The translations under genes and the position numbers were made by a program. Source: Eledone cirrhosa (taxonomy: Eukaryota). Taken from it: DNA of 64,000 bases. The stretch lies in NCBI GenBank assembly GCA_964016885.1, contig OZ024742.1, positions 90,024,001 to 90,088,000 of the forward strand, written 5' to 3'. How positions within the stretch are numbered: position 1 is the stretch's first letter; every line of letters starts with the position of its first letter. The notes under the pieces are model-generated. The model did not search any database. It was not told the DNA's origin and saw only the letters and a program-made list of their open reading frames with translations. This document shows, in pieces, positions 51,677 through 64,000 of this stretch.

Positions 51677-51727
51677 AGATTCCTGATGATTTCTAAAGAA
51701 TGAAACACTTCTAGTCCTGTAGAATCT
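51677..51727 (+). ncRNA. Hammerhead ribozyme (family H3), one stem III mismatch
   Basis: AGATTC-CTGATGA-tTTCtaaaGAAt-GAAACAC-ttctagtc-CTGTA|GAATCT. Confidence 0.7.
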
Positions 51728-51737
51728 CATCTATATT

Positions 51738-51805
<68 letters not shown>

Positions 51806-52149
51806 GCGTGTCTGTGTATGCAATGTGTATGTTATACATGTGTCTAGTAGTTTTCCTATGTATTTATGTTCGATGTTATATATTTGTTTTGTTTTATCGT
51901 GTATAAATATAAATCTGCCTAAGTATTGCTGAATGATGTATGAGTATGTAAGTAATAGAATATGTGTGCTTATTCGGGATTAGATGTACGTCCCTTTTTT
52001 GTAGTGTATTTCTCTTTGTTTTTATATTCTTCTCTGTGTTTGCGCTCGTTTGCGTTTCTTTGTATTTTCTTCCTTCGATTAATGGCTGTAAATGAATTCT
52101 CTATATTGATTTGTATAAGAGAAAATGTTTCTTCATCTTCTTAACTCAT

Positions 52150-53400
52150 ATATCCATGGTGACATCATGCAGGTAGTATCTTCAAACACACTTTCTGGGG
52201 TCCAAAAAGTTGCAAACATTTTCACGTGATCCAGCTAGATTCCCATGTGAAACTAACCGATCTCATGAATACTATCAAAACATCTTGCTTGAGGTCTACC
52301 TCTGGATCATCTCCCTATTGATGTGGCCCGCACAATCTAACCATATGTTGGTAGTACGGGCGCTGTGATCTTCCGAGCGGTGAAGTTTGAGCGAATTTCC
52401 GATCTCCGAACTACGCAGCCTATCCAGTCATTAATCAAGATCCATGACCATAGGAAGGTTTAAGCACCAACACCGAATTGAAGATAGCAAGTGTAGCTTT
52501 TTCACGTACCTCGTGAACCTTCTGATGACCACGTGCTGAAGATGGCGCATTATTGCAACAGCTCCTGCAATTCTTGCATTAAATTCAGCCTCCAGTCATC
52601 TATCAATCGTGAAAATGGGTCCGAGATACTTGAATGAATCCACCTACTTCAGTGTAACTCCATTCACATGCTTAACATACTACGCAAATTTATTCATTTC
52701 TGCCCGAGAGCAATCGACTGCAAGGCTAACCTGTGCATATTGGAGAGTAGCTTCCGACGAGATATGTAACAGTAAGTGGACTGCAAATATCAGCTACTGA
52801 TCCTACACTCACCGGTTTTGATACCACTTCCAGCCCAGCTGCACATGTCAATCATGTTCATAAAGATTATGAACATGTGAGGTGATAATACGCACGCTTA
52901 ATAGAGTCCGACTTCCACATTGAATGGATTCGACTAATCCCCATTTATCAGAACACAAATAATAGGGCATTTGCATGAAATCCAAGGCAACACGCTGTTC
53001 TCAAATGAATACTCTTTTTAGAAACTTTAACAACACATTCCGTGGAAGTCTAACCATTAACATTTCGAGGTCCATACATTTCTAGGCAACATTCATACGA
53101 TTCCTCGAAGACCTACTGCAGTGTAAATATTTAGTCGGCTGGCTATGCTATGTCTGCGGTGAAGGCCTCACTGTTCGCCAGCTAATTTGAACTCAACAAT
53201 ACTCCTTTATCTATTTGCCAGCCATTTAGCATAGACTTTACATGAGCAGCTTAACACCAGGGTACTCCTTAACTACTTAGCCTTGAATGCCTTTACTATC
53301 ACTGTTCCCACCTTTCTTAAGTTTCGGAGTGCAAGAAGGAAGTTTTATTTCCAAGCCAAGCTTTGTCAGCCTTTTTCATTACCCGATTGAAACCTTTAAA
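52150..53400 (-). mobile_element. Highly decayed RTE-like LINE RT relic
   Basis: The minus strand shows residual motifs such as SNPFNVEVGLY*ACVLSPHMFIIFMN (GVRQGCVLSP-like) and VDSFKYLG. Confidence 0.55.
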
Positions 53401-54179
53401 CATCTGAATGACCAAGAATTCTTCTAGACACCTAGAGCCACATCTGCATAATGTAATAGCTGAAATGGACACAGGCGGGATGAACAGTCAGCACTCAGTT
53501 TCAAGTTCCTCAGTTTGTTTAGGGAGTTCTCTGGATTTGGATGCAATATCACCCGCATACCTGGTTGACACCTCAACATCAGTCAGTCAGCGGTTCTTCC
53601 CTTCAACTGTAGGTTGTACTTGTCAATTTCTAGATTTCCTTGATTTTAGTTATTCTGAGTTTGCTGATAACTAGATGGTGATTAATTGACAGCTTAGCTC
53701 ACCAAATCCTTTAGCACTAACCTCCAGTGCAGAATCGAGGAGACCAAAGACAATAAATATGGATTACTCACTTCTGTCCAGATTTCCCTTATATATATCG
53801 TTGTGCTAGAGAAGGGTTTTCATAATAGTGTTTAACATCGAAACAATACTCAATTTTCAATATTTCAATTACTGCTTGTCAGCAAGTCTATATTTCACTG
53901 ATGTTTTTATATATGTTTTGCACACATATACACAGTGCTTTACACGTTATGTATGTGCATAGATGTGTCTACCTCAGTGTATATACGTGAACACGGTAGC
54001 TGTGTATCTATTTATGCACATGGAATCTCAGAATTATTTCTGAAGTCATATCATGCCAAGGCGAGATCACAGATGTTCATGCAGATGATTAAGTTCAATT
54101 GCTATTTATCAGATACTTCGGGTATGATTTCAATACAAAATAGCTGAATAATGAGACAGGACACTAACCAAGCGTGACT

Positions 54180-54735
54180 GGGGGAATTGTGGCAACTGTT
54201 GATGCAAAGAAAGTAAAATTAATGGCTACGATAAAAAGGGCACGATCAATTAACATCGAAGTGGGTGAAGAAACATCTGCATGGCAAATATTTTGCCCGT
54301 AGCAAAAAGCTGATGTTGATGATGTGGACTAGAGGTACCCATATCAGAGACTACACCTAATGGCTAGAGGCACAGAGTGAGGGCTTCATCTTAGCTGCCC
54401 AATATTAAGTTAAGTGTCAATTCTGAAATGATGCGATTTGAACAGTGGGCCATTTAATCTCTGCATGTAAAGTTTTAGCATCAGTAGCATTTAAATCAAG
54501 GCATGACAAAGATTGCCAATATTTACATTGGTTAATATGTTGGCGTTATCAAATCAAACCTGACGAGTAGTAAAAGTATTGACTTGATGGTATAACTGAG
54601 GGAGAAAATGTAACGATTATTTGCGACTTTCCTGTACATACAGATAGGACAGCCAAAGCTAACAAACCGGATATTATTGTATATGACCAAGATAACTCAG
54701 TGTGTTTATTGATTGATATGAGCATCCCATGTCTC
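54180..54735 (+). mobile_element. R4/Dong-like (family C-related) relic
   Basis: KHLHGKY, SEGFILAAQ and ICDFPVHTDRTAKANKPDIIVYDQDNSVCLLIDMSIP. Confidence 0.75.
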
Positions 54736-55042
54736 ATTCTATACATTGGTAACCCAGTTAACACAACATATTGCTTAAATTTACAGCTAAAAATATATAC
54801 ACACATATCCAGATCTAGCTGTCGAAACGGCCGGAGCTCAGCCGTCGGGGTCCTGACTCTTTTCCTATTACCCACTCTACTGCCCTAAGTATTGAGTTCT
54901 CTGGTGCGTTATGGTCCACCTGGTATCGTACCACACCTTATTTGTTCTTTATACGCACACATACACACCAACACACACACACGTATATATATACATACAC
55001 ACACTAACACACACACATACACACGCACATATATATATACAT

Positions 55043-55162
<120 letters not shown>

Positions 55163-55202
55163 CAATAAAGTAAAATATATCACTATAGCATAATATTTAT
55201 TT

Positions 55203-55380
55203 AATTGGAAGTATCGGTAGAGGGTTGGACGCCATGCTTTGACGCATAGAGTTACAGCCCTTTCCATTCTGAGTTCAAATACCGCCGGGGTCAACTTTGC
55301 CTTTCGTCCTTATGTGTTCGATAAAATAAAGTACCAGTAATGTACTGGGTAATTGCTGGCCTTGTGCCAAAGGTAGAAAC
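55203..55380 (+). mobile_element. tRNA-derived SINE
   Basis: Homolog of 38472-38657, with the B box GAGTTCAAATACC and the same core and tail. Confidence 0.85.
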
Positions 55381-55632
55381 AATTATATATATTTCAAGGA
55401 TACTAGTTTATAGTATGCTTTTATCAGATAAAATATAATATATGATGTATAAGATAGTGACATGCCCCCAAAATAGACCTCATACGGTCAATTTAAAATG
55501 GGCATGCGATTTAAAATTTCTAAATTTCTTAGCATGTAAATTAATTGAGAGAGAGATTGCTTTGTAGAGTGCTTCATATCTGTTATGAACATAACTCTGC
55601 TGAAAACTTGTCAACAAAGAATATAACTCATT

Positions 55633-55673
<41 letters not shown>

Positions 55674-55700
55674 TAATAACACAACAGTTAGTTCACCATA

Positions 55701-55740
55701 CCGAGAACAATTGTTTCACCTTAGCGGATCTTCAGCTCGG
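55701..55740 (-). ncRNA. Minimal hammerhead ribozyme (family H7)
   Basis: Minus strand: CCGAG-CTGAAGA-tCCgctaaGGt-GAAA-CAATTG-TT|CTCGG. Stem I is a perfect 5 bp and stem III is the palindrome ACAATTGT. (TA)n lies about 30 nt downstream. Confidence 0.8.
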
Positions 55741-55949
55741 ACTATTCATGGTTAAATGGAGCAGGAAGAACAGCCGTATGAACGCGCATGCGCAGAAACG
55801 CTCAGTACACCCAAGCGATACAAAGCCACGGGCGAAAGTCTGGAAAAGATGTTCGAGTTGATTAGAAAATTAGAATGTTTTTGTTATTCAATCCGGAGCC
55901 TTGTAGTTATGCAAGAGGTGTTTCCAGACATGTGGACAACATGAGAAGA

Positions 55950-57006
55950 TTGCATATTATGAATTTAGGCAATCGCTATTGCGTAATCTCCGTCGACCCC
56001 TTGCAACTTTTAGTAGTTGATGGTAGAAGGCTCGCAAATGGGTTGCTTCTTCGTACACGTGACAATGCGGCCTTTTACGGGATGTTTTAATGCACCTCAG
56101 CGCCACTTCAATGTCTGTTTGGGCAATTATAGCCATTTTCTTTGTCTGCGCTGAAATGCACTATTCTTCGCTCCACCGCTTCTATGGCTTCCGCTGAGAC
56201 AGTTCAGTTGGTCCAGGTTTTCTCTTGTTTGATGAGCTTTCAAGCCTGGGACAACTTTTTAGTTTTGTCAGTGAAGTCCATGACTCTTTTTGGCTGCCGC
56301 CACAGCGAAAGTGTGTTTGTTTTTGGCAATGTTGTCGTTGTTGGTAATGTTGTTGTTGGTGTTGTCATTGTTGTTGGTGTTGTCGTTGTTCCTGTTGGTG
56401 TTGTTGGTGTTGCTGCTGTGGCAGTTGGTGATATTTTTGGTGCTGCTGTTGTTTGTTCTCGGTGCAGTTGGTGAAGGTGCTGTTGCTGTTCATGTTCTTG
56501 TTGGTGGTGTTGGTAAATTCGTTTTTGTTTTTGTTGTCATTGTTTGTGTTGACTGTGTTTTAGTTGTCGCTGTTACAGCTGTTGTCATTTTTAAAAAAAG
56601 TTAGTGTTCTCACTGTTGCTAATGCTGCAGGCATTGTTTATGTTGTTTGTGGTGGTTTTGTTAAATTTATTGTTGCATGTTATGTTTGTCATAAATATAT
56701 ATTTTTTTTACTTTTGTTAGCAATGGTGTTCGTTATGTTTGCCGTATCCCTCCTCTCAGCGTTGAAGCCGCTGTGACACGAGAGCAGAATTAAAGTTGAG
56801 GGGGAGAGTGGCTCAGCCATTTCTTTTTTTTTTTTTCGAGTAAAAAGTTTTTATCAACGAAAGTTCAAATATTTGGTCTTCACAGGGCATAGACTGCAGT
56901 CTTACGACCCTTTTCACAAATTGCAACAATCATTACAAATAAAAACAAAACTTAAATTTTACCACTTTTGCAGAGCCCACAAAACTCGTCTACATGTCTG
57001 ACAGCC
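55950..57006 (-). mobile_element. Decayed 5' part of another Tx1/L1-like element (tentative)
   Basis: The 5' end abuts (AAT)n and resembles the Tx1 5' end (..GGCTCTG..). An ATG near 56820 follows an A-run, then a Thr/Asn-rich low-complexity region like ORF1. Confidence 0.4.
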
Positions 57007-57022
57007 AATAATAATAATTATT

Positions 57023-58315
57023 GTTCTTTGAGTCTCAGTCATTGATGTCATCTAACTGGAAAGTTTGTTGAAATGAATATCAAGCCGCTATCTGCAGCCT
57101 CAGATATTGAGGACGTATCGGAGGGTTCTTGCTGTTCCCAGCAGGCATGCCTTTTGAAGTGTTCCAAAGAGCGTGGCTGGACTAATCTTCTTTAACCTTC
57201 GTTGGAAACTCTTTGAGATAGTACCTTGTGCGCCTATGACAATCGGGATGACCTTGACTTCATGGCAGTTCCAAATCCTTTTTAACTTCCACTTTAAGTC
57301 CTGGTATCGGTTAATTTTCTCCCTCTCCTTTTCTTGCACTCTCGTATTATATGGGCAGGCTACATCTACAATCAGGCAAGATCCTTGTCCAAAACCACCA
57401 GGTCAGGCCTATTGTTTTTAATTTCTTGTCCGTCTGTATCCTAAAATCCCGTAGCACCTTCACCTCATCGTTTTCTATCACTGACTCTGGCTTATGGTCA
57501 TACCACTTCTCAGAATGTGGTAAATTGTTTACTTTGCATAGATGCCAGTGGATCACCCTGCCTATCACATCATGTCTCCAGCCCTTATAGTGAGTCTGGA
57601 CTAGGTGTTTACACTCGGATACAGTATGAGCCACAGTCTTCTCTCTCTCCACAGATCCTACACAGTAATCTAGCCTCCTCCTTGTAAATATGGTGTTTCA
57701 CCCACTTCGCTCTGAGGGCTTGCTCTTACGCAGCCATTAGCATTCCTTCTGTAGCTTTTTGAAGGTCTCCTCTTTCTAACCAGTTCCGTGTCTGTGTATC
57801 TCTAAATTCAGTTTTCCTAAAGAAGGTACTGTGAAGGTATTTTTCATGAAGGTTGCTCTTCCTCCTTGTTGTTATTTCCTCCTTGGACATCCCCTGGTCT
57901 ATTGTCTTCTCCTTCAGTACAATTTTGGACATTGGCTCCCTACTGTCAGTCACGTATTTGTACAAGTTGTTTTTCTCCATCTCAACACAGTCCTCTATGC
58001 TGATAAGACCTCTTCCACCTTCATATCTATTTAAGTAGACTCTATCGACATCACACCTCTTGTGGAACATGCTGTAGATAGTCAATAGCTTCCTAGTCTT
58101 CCTATCCATTTCCTTTTTGTTCAGCAACATTCCATTTCAGAATTCCCGCACTTTACCTAATAATAGACACAGCTCGGGTATTCACTGCACTTATGACATT
58201 CCTACTATTTAGATGTGATTTTAACACGCTCCTTACTCTCCTTATGTACTCAGATCTCATCAGTTCCTTCATTTTTTTGTTCTTGGTGTCATCTGCCCCC
58301 AGAACACCTAAATAT
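57023..58315 (-). mobile_element. R4/Dong-like family B, decayed 5'-truncated copy B4
   Basis: EMDRKTRKLLTIY, GWRHDVIGRVIHWHLC and LQKACLLGTARTLRYVLNI, followed by the family B 3' UTR. Confidence 0.9.
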
Positions 58316-58323
58316 TTATTATT

Positions 58324-58503
58324 GGTGGATTGGCAGTATCGGTAGAGGGTCGGACGCCATGCTTTCCAGCATAGTTACGTCCCTTTACGATCTGAGTTCA
58401 AATCCCACCGAGGTTGACTTTGCCTTTCATCCTTACGGGGTCGATAAAATAAAGTACCAGTAATGCACTGGGTAATTGCTGGCCTTGTGCCTAAAGTAGA
58501 AAC
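58324..58503 (+). mobile_element. tRNA-derived SINE
   Basis: Same family as 38472-38657, with an (ATT)n tail. Confidence 0.87.
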
Positions 58504-58585
58504 AATTATTATTATTATTTATTTTTATTTTAATTTTAGATGGTGATGATGATGTTTTATTTATTAACCAATAATAATAATAATT

Positions 58586-58770
58586 GTTTCTACGTTTTGG
58601 CACAAGGCCAGAAATCACCCAGTGCATTACTGGTACTTTATTTTATCGACTCCGTAAAGATGAAACAAAGTTAACCTCGGCGGGATTTGAACACAGAATG
58701 GCAAGGGCCGAAACTCTATACGTCAAATCATGGTGTCCGACCCTCTACCGATACTGCCAATCCACCGCCC
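58586..58770 (-). mobile_element. tRNA-derived SINE (tail-to-tail with the previous copy)
   Basis: Reverse-orientation copy about 80 bp away. Confidence 0.87.
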
Positions 58771-59202
58771 TTAATAATAATAATGATAGCGATAACGATG
58801 ATGGGGATAACGATGATGGTGACTCCGACAACGGCGATCCTGTTGAGATGATGGTGATAGCGATGATGCTGATGATGATGGTGATAATGAAAAGGCAAAT
58901 GAATATGATGATGATTATTATGAAATCTTACGATCTAATAAATATCTGGAACAGGATTAATTATCCCACGATTCAGGTTTATTGTACATTTACCTAATTT
59001 CAATAATCCATTTAATTATCTAATTTATGATAAAGTATCTATTGAAATTATGCAAAGGCGTGAGAAACTCTTAAGCATCAATATTAATTTTGACACATGC
59101 GTGGGAATTAAAGGGATTTGTTTCGGTGCTAGAACCCCATAAATATGTCTCTCAGTTCAATATTAAATTGAATTTGGAGTCAAAAGCAAAGTGTATAACA
59201 TC

Positions 59203-59338
59203 ATGTCGCAGATCCTTGTTATCACTGTTTGTATTCTACTGACTGTCGTTGGAACAACTGTATCGCATTATCCATGGCAAACACCATGGTATCCAACTCC
59301 TATACCACATTATTGGCCTCCTGTCAGTCCTCAAACAG
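59203..59338 (+). CDS. Putative first coding exon of a host secreted protein (signal peptide + Pro/Trp/Tyr/His-rich segment)
   Basis: AACATC-ATG context. It encodes MSQILVITVCILLTVVGTTVS|HYPWQTPWYPTPIPHYWPPVSPQT and ends at a CAG|GTAATT phase-1 donor. A TATA-like CATAAATA lies at about 59138. The sequence is not recognisably repetitive. Confidence 0.6.
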
Positions 59339-60329
59339 GTAATTATTCTATATTTTCTTTAAATATGAACATTTTTTATGAACTCTGAAACATTTTTTAA
59401 AAATCTATCTGTATACCGAGGTTGATATAATTTTAACGATTTTGAAGTGATATTTATATTTATAGATATGTATTGGTTTTATATCGTGTAACATGAATTC
59501 AATTTAAATTCCTAATTATCAATATTTCACCTGGTATGTCTCATTAGAAAATAAGGTATGACGATAATTCTTTCATATTTCCTGTACACCGAAGTATTGG
59601 TCGTTCGGTGTAGGTAAGTTCAAACAAATTAATATATTTATGCCATATATCAGATTACACCGTGTAATAATTGGTTTTGTTCTTGTCACTGATGTCTTTT
59701 ATTCGATACTGACCCTCTAAGGATTTAATTTGGGGGTTTGGCTACTAAGTTTACTGAAGTTGTGGAACATTTTTTCGGAACATGATGGGATGAATTTATC
59801 TCTTTTTACAAATATCTACATTGAGACAGAGTATTGTCGGTTATATTGGTAACAGTGTGTGATATTTTGGGAGAACCTTTACTCATAAAAATCACTATAC
59901 CGAACTTGCATCAATTGTGATTGTCAGTTTTATGGGTGCGAATAATAAGTTAAAATCAAATTATAATTACATAGTTTCCAGTACTGAACAAAAAGAAAAT
60001 AATGCTACTAAATTTAGGAGTGTGGTGGCGTTCAGAAAAGCATAAAATGTCAGTAAATGTACATTGTTGTATACAGTTACATCCCATTAACTTTCCGAGT
60101 TCAAATCGCATCGGTGTAAATATTGCTCTTCATCTTACCTAGGTCGATAACATAAGAACTATTCAAATACTGGGGACTATAGTTTGCCCTATAATTTAAT
60201 GCTATGAACCTATCTTATATACTACTGTTAATAATATATTTACATTTTGAGTTTAAGTACCAAACTTAGGGGAGTTTGTGTACACAGATAAACAGATATA
60301 CAGTGATTATACCATTGGTTTTGGGACAT

Positions 60330-61000
60330 AATTGATTTTTCTCCTAATCTGTATGATGAGTTGCAGGTTGTCACCTAGACTCGTAAGCTATATTGCTTTG
60401 TAGGAATTCATTTTTCAGTGGGCACTTATTAGAGTCTCTGCAGTTGCATGTTCTGTTCAGTACCGTTGTATCTGCAGTGAGTTGTTATTTTTCTGTGGTA
60501 GAATGTGTTCGCTCCTGGTTCATGCTCATGTTAAGGGATGGATATTTACCGTTGCCTCGTACCACCCGCTTTTGTTCTGTCCACGGGACTTGCTCTGTCA
60601 AAGGTAATCCGGTTCACTCTTTGGTTTTTCGGCTGAATACTGTTGTATCTTAACATATTGTGATTGTTATTGATATTATTGTTAATATTTCAGTTGTAGG
60701 GAATTTTAACGGAATAGCAATTTTAGAATGTATTATTTCCATTCATTGTTATGTTCACCACTCGCTTTTGCACGGGATACGATATGCTGGGGCCGTAATT
60801 TACAAAGCCAGGATCGTTGTTCATGTTGTGGTTGTTGCTGTTAGCTTTACATCTATTTTTATTGTTATTTTTATTGCCTATTTTGATGACTGACCAAATA
60901 CTATAAACAATGACCAGTTCACTCGTCTGAAGCCAACCATAATGACAAAACATACTTTCTGTGAAATATGAACTGATTAACCGAGGACTGCCCTAAGTAT
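60330..61000 (-). mobile_element. Penelope-like element relic (linker preceding GIY-YIG)
   Basis: The minus strand at about 60375-60455 encodes RTCNCRDSNKCPLKNEFLQSNIAY, matching the CNCR..CPL..CL..NIVY motif of PLEs. Confidence 0.6.
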
Positions 61001-61699
61001 CAAATGAAACAGTAAACTGGAGAATATTTTGGTGGTGACAAAAATGTGAATGTGCAAACACGAACCACGTCCAAATATAGACCAAAGAAAGTCCACGTCC
61101 AAATATAGACCAAAGAAAGTCCACGCCCGACGTAACACACAAAAGGAAATACATCTGTGGGTAACTCCATATTCATGCTGAGCAGTGAAGAAACAACACC
61201 TAAGCCCGCCAATTACTGTATCGGATTGATAATGACACCACTAATGATTATATAAGTAAAGTACTAACTGACGAGAGCGTGTCTGATTATTATATAACTG
61301 ATGCCATCTAAATACGTATCAAAGGATTAAGTATTAAATAGAATTTGATGAAATTATAAAATACTCTCATCTAATTCATTATTATAGTAATACTCTGCTG
61401 TGCACACACTTCCGTTATACATAACGGTGGAACTACACCACGTCGAGGGCTCATCCTGCTAACGTTAGTGATTATAGATATGTACCTAAAAACTAACAAA
61501 TCATTTATTCACACTTATTTAACATAACATAATCATATACATAGAGAAAAGAGACGGAGTGAGTGGAGGGGGGGGGGGGGAAGATACAGAAAGTAAGCGG
61601 AAAACGATACAGCGCATGGTGGTGGAGAGCTTAAATAATTTCGGATGGTGATTCTAGGATGAAAGATTACTGCTTGGTCCTGGTGCGAGTCACTAGAGA

Positions 61700-62410
61700 T
61701 GCTTGATGTAATATAATGGTTGAGACAGAGAGATGCTGTGCTGAATGATTGTGGGAAACGGAAGTGACGATGTGTTTTTGCTAATCCTAGGTCAGGTGTT
61801 CTGCGAATCGATGTGTGTCTGCCTTGAGAACTTGTTGGTAGAGGTCAATAAGATACATTTGATAGAATATCAGTTTTTTGTACAAGTAGCCGACAATAAT
61901 GTCTCTTCCTGGTGTTTTCTTATGTTGGAGTTTTCCTATCACAGTATCAAGGGCATCCTCATTTATTTCGTATGTTTGTGTTGTAGTGTAGGAGCAATAG
62001 TTCGTTTTAATTTATTTTATCCACACTGCATCTTTGTTGAAATTCTTCTTTTCACCCCATATTTTTCTCCAGAAGGAATCTATGTCTTTCTAGGATGGGG
62101 CATCAGTGACCTTTATTACTTTGCCCTTCATATCTCTCTAGACTGATGTTTGGTTTCGTCTGAATCTTTAATGAAGTACTTTTCTTTCATCTACCCTCTT
62201 CAGCTATCGGTGTTTCTCACTGACAACTCTCAATTCTTGTTTGAGGGTGATCAGCTTATATTGAAGATTTCTGGTTGTACTGTCACCAAACATCGTTTCT
62301 ATTTTATTTTTCACTCTTTGTTGTTGAGGAGTGAAGTTTTATTTTTGTTTTTGTTTGCATGTAAGGAGCATTGTCACATATCCTATAGTTTTTCGTAGGT
62401 CAACAATCTT
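61700..62410 (-). mobile_element. R4/Dong-like relic (region N-terminal to the RT), distinct family
   Basis: KDIDSFWRKIWGEKKNFNKDAVWIK and KTPGRDIIVGYLYK correspond to QEFWEKIWAEEKVHN..WI and KSPGKDKIQNFW in A3. Confidence 0.65.
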
Positions 62411-62820
62411 TTTTTCTAATTTAGTTATACACCTTCGGGGGGTTTTCTGCTAGCATGTGTAATGTCCATATTGATATTAGACGCAAATATATATGCATGT
62501 AGATATGATATGTCAAATAAAATCGTAATTGACAATATGCACAGAAATTGAAGAGGGACTGTGTTGCACTCTCTTCTGTAATCTTTAAAGGAATCCATGA
62601 TACATTTAAAAAAGACGATATTATATATAAACTACACTGCGACAAAATTTTATGAAAACGAAAAAGAAGAAAATTAGCGACAGAAATATAAACCTTATAT
62701 AACGATGAAAATATATGAACGTTTACATAAGCAATGTAATAAGTGTTATGATATAACGAACGCTAACCGGAAGTGTTGACATTGGAAAATTTTAAAAGAA
62801 GTGAATCTTAAAATAAGCAA

Positions 62821-64000
62821 TCTATATATATAAAACTGAGGTTGTCTGTCTGTCTATCGATTTTTGGCACACATCTCCTCTTAGAATCTCTCACGGAATT
62901 GCACCGAAATTGCTATACTTGTACATTGAGCCCTAGCGAAGACATCGGAAAAAAAATATTTCAAATTGACCCGCCCTATCTGACGAAATCGAATATAATG
63001 TATCGATTTTTGAGCGTAAGTGATCAGTTATTTCCCTTTGTCCTGTTTACATTCAGCGTAGCGTCTTACGTTCTCTTTACATTTTCTGCGTGCAAAAATA
63101 AAAAAAATGTTTTCCCTTTGTTCTGTTTACATTCAGCGTAGCGTCTTACGTTCTGCTTACATTTTCTGCGTGCAAAAATTAAAAAAATTACGCTGGCAAA
63201 AATTAAAAAAATTACGCTGGCTTTCTCAGCGTTTAAAATGACATTAACACAATACACGAACAGTTGTCGAGCCAGCAAAATTTTGACCTGCAAAATTCAT
63301 CAGTTCGAACACTAAGCTTCCGTTTTGCTTCATTTCCATTTAAAAGCCTTTTAAAACAATATTTTTACTTGAAAACAAGTCTATTTAAAGACTACGTAAA
63401 ACAAGCAAATATTTCGTAAAAAAAAAGCAAAAATTATATAAGTTTATTTAAAATATATGTATCTGTAAATTTTGTTAGGCGTGCAGACAGACAGTCGTGC
63501 AGAGAGGTGATATACGCGTGCAGACAGATAGTCGTGCAGAGAGGTGATATAGGCGTGCAGACAGACAGTCATGCAGAGAGGTGATATAGGCGTGCAGACA
63601 GACAGTCATGCAGAGAGGTGATATAGGCGATTATTTCCCTTTTATGGAATGAGCAGACGATTAGCGAATGTGCAGACGATTAAGTAAATCTTTAGTAGAG
63701 TGAATTGGAATCTCCAGTTTGTTTAATAGCTTCATTTGCACTGTACTGCCTTTGTATGCTACAACGCTTTAAAAGTTCGGCGAGTTCATTACTTCGTAAG
63801 TTATTGATATTTATTTTTTTATTACGACGGTTAGCAAACTTTCCCTATTAAACGTTTAAATTAATTTTACGGTCTTATAAGGCTGAATTTACTTTAATTC
63901 GGGTTATCGTTATGTTTTCTTAACTTCATAAGGCATATTGTTGGTTGAGGGAATATTAATCAAAAACACCACATGCAAGTCTGCACAGTAGACACTACAG
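62821..64000 (+). mobile_element. Helitron 5' end and internal tandem repeats (3' end not seen)
   Basis: A|TCTATATATATAAAACTGAGGTTGTCTGTCTGTCT terminus, with internal duplications at about 63030-63220. Confidence 0.6.
63477..63628. repeat. 37-bp tandem repeat x4
   Basis: Unit AGGCGTGCAGACAGACAGTC(A/G)TGCAGAGAGGTGATAT. Confidence 0.95.

Noticed and set aside
59560-59620. Second exon of the secreted-protein gene (TAG|GTAAGT donor at about 59614)
   Set aside because: No convincing acceptor or open phase-1 frame upstream.

Overview
This is a eukaryotic, AT-rich, microsatellite-dense window made up almost entirely of transposable elements. The SINE and repeat content suggest a cephalopod/octopus-like mollusc (inference). 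Main content: (1) a decayed Helitron RepHel gene (about 4.6-8.7 kb); (2) a roughly 28-kb pile-up (about 11.4-39.6 kb) of non-LTR retrotransposons at (TAA)n tracts, comprising three families of R4/Dong-like RT + restriction-like endonuclease elements (one with an uninterrupted 1030-aa ORF) and Tx1/L1-like APE elements on the opposite strand; (3) many Penelope-like element (PLE) remnants in (TA)n tracts, often as inverted-repeat cassettes. These carry at least seven distinct type-I hammerhead-ribozyme families (about 15 copies), including a candidate U3-A8 core variant and three families sharing an unusual U10.1-U11.1 apposition; (4) a young TIR element that has captured a PHD-finger LINE ORF1 fragment; (5) a Helentron/Helitron2-like element whose ORF contains a 2A/StopGo-like motif; (6) tRNA-derived SINEs. 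The only credible host-gene piece is a signal-peptide first exon at 59203-59338. All calls are by-eye motif and pairing analysis; no searches or folding computations were run.
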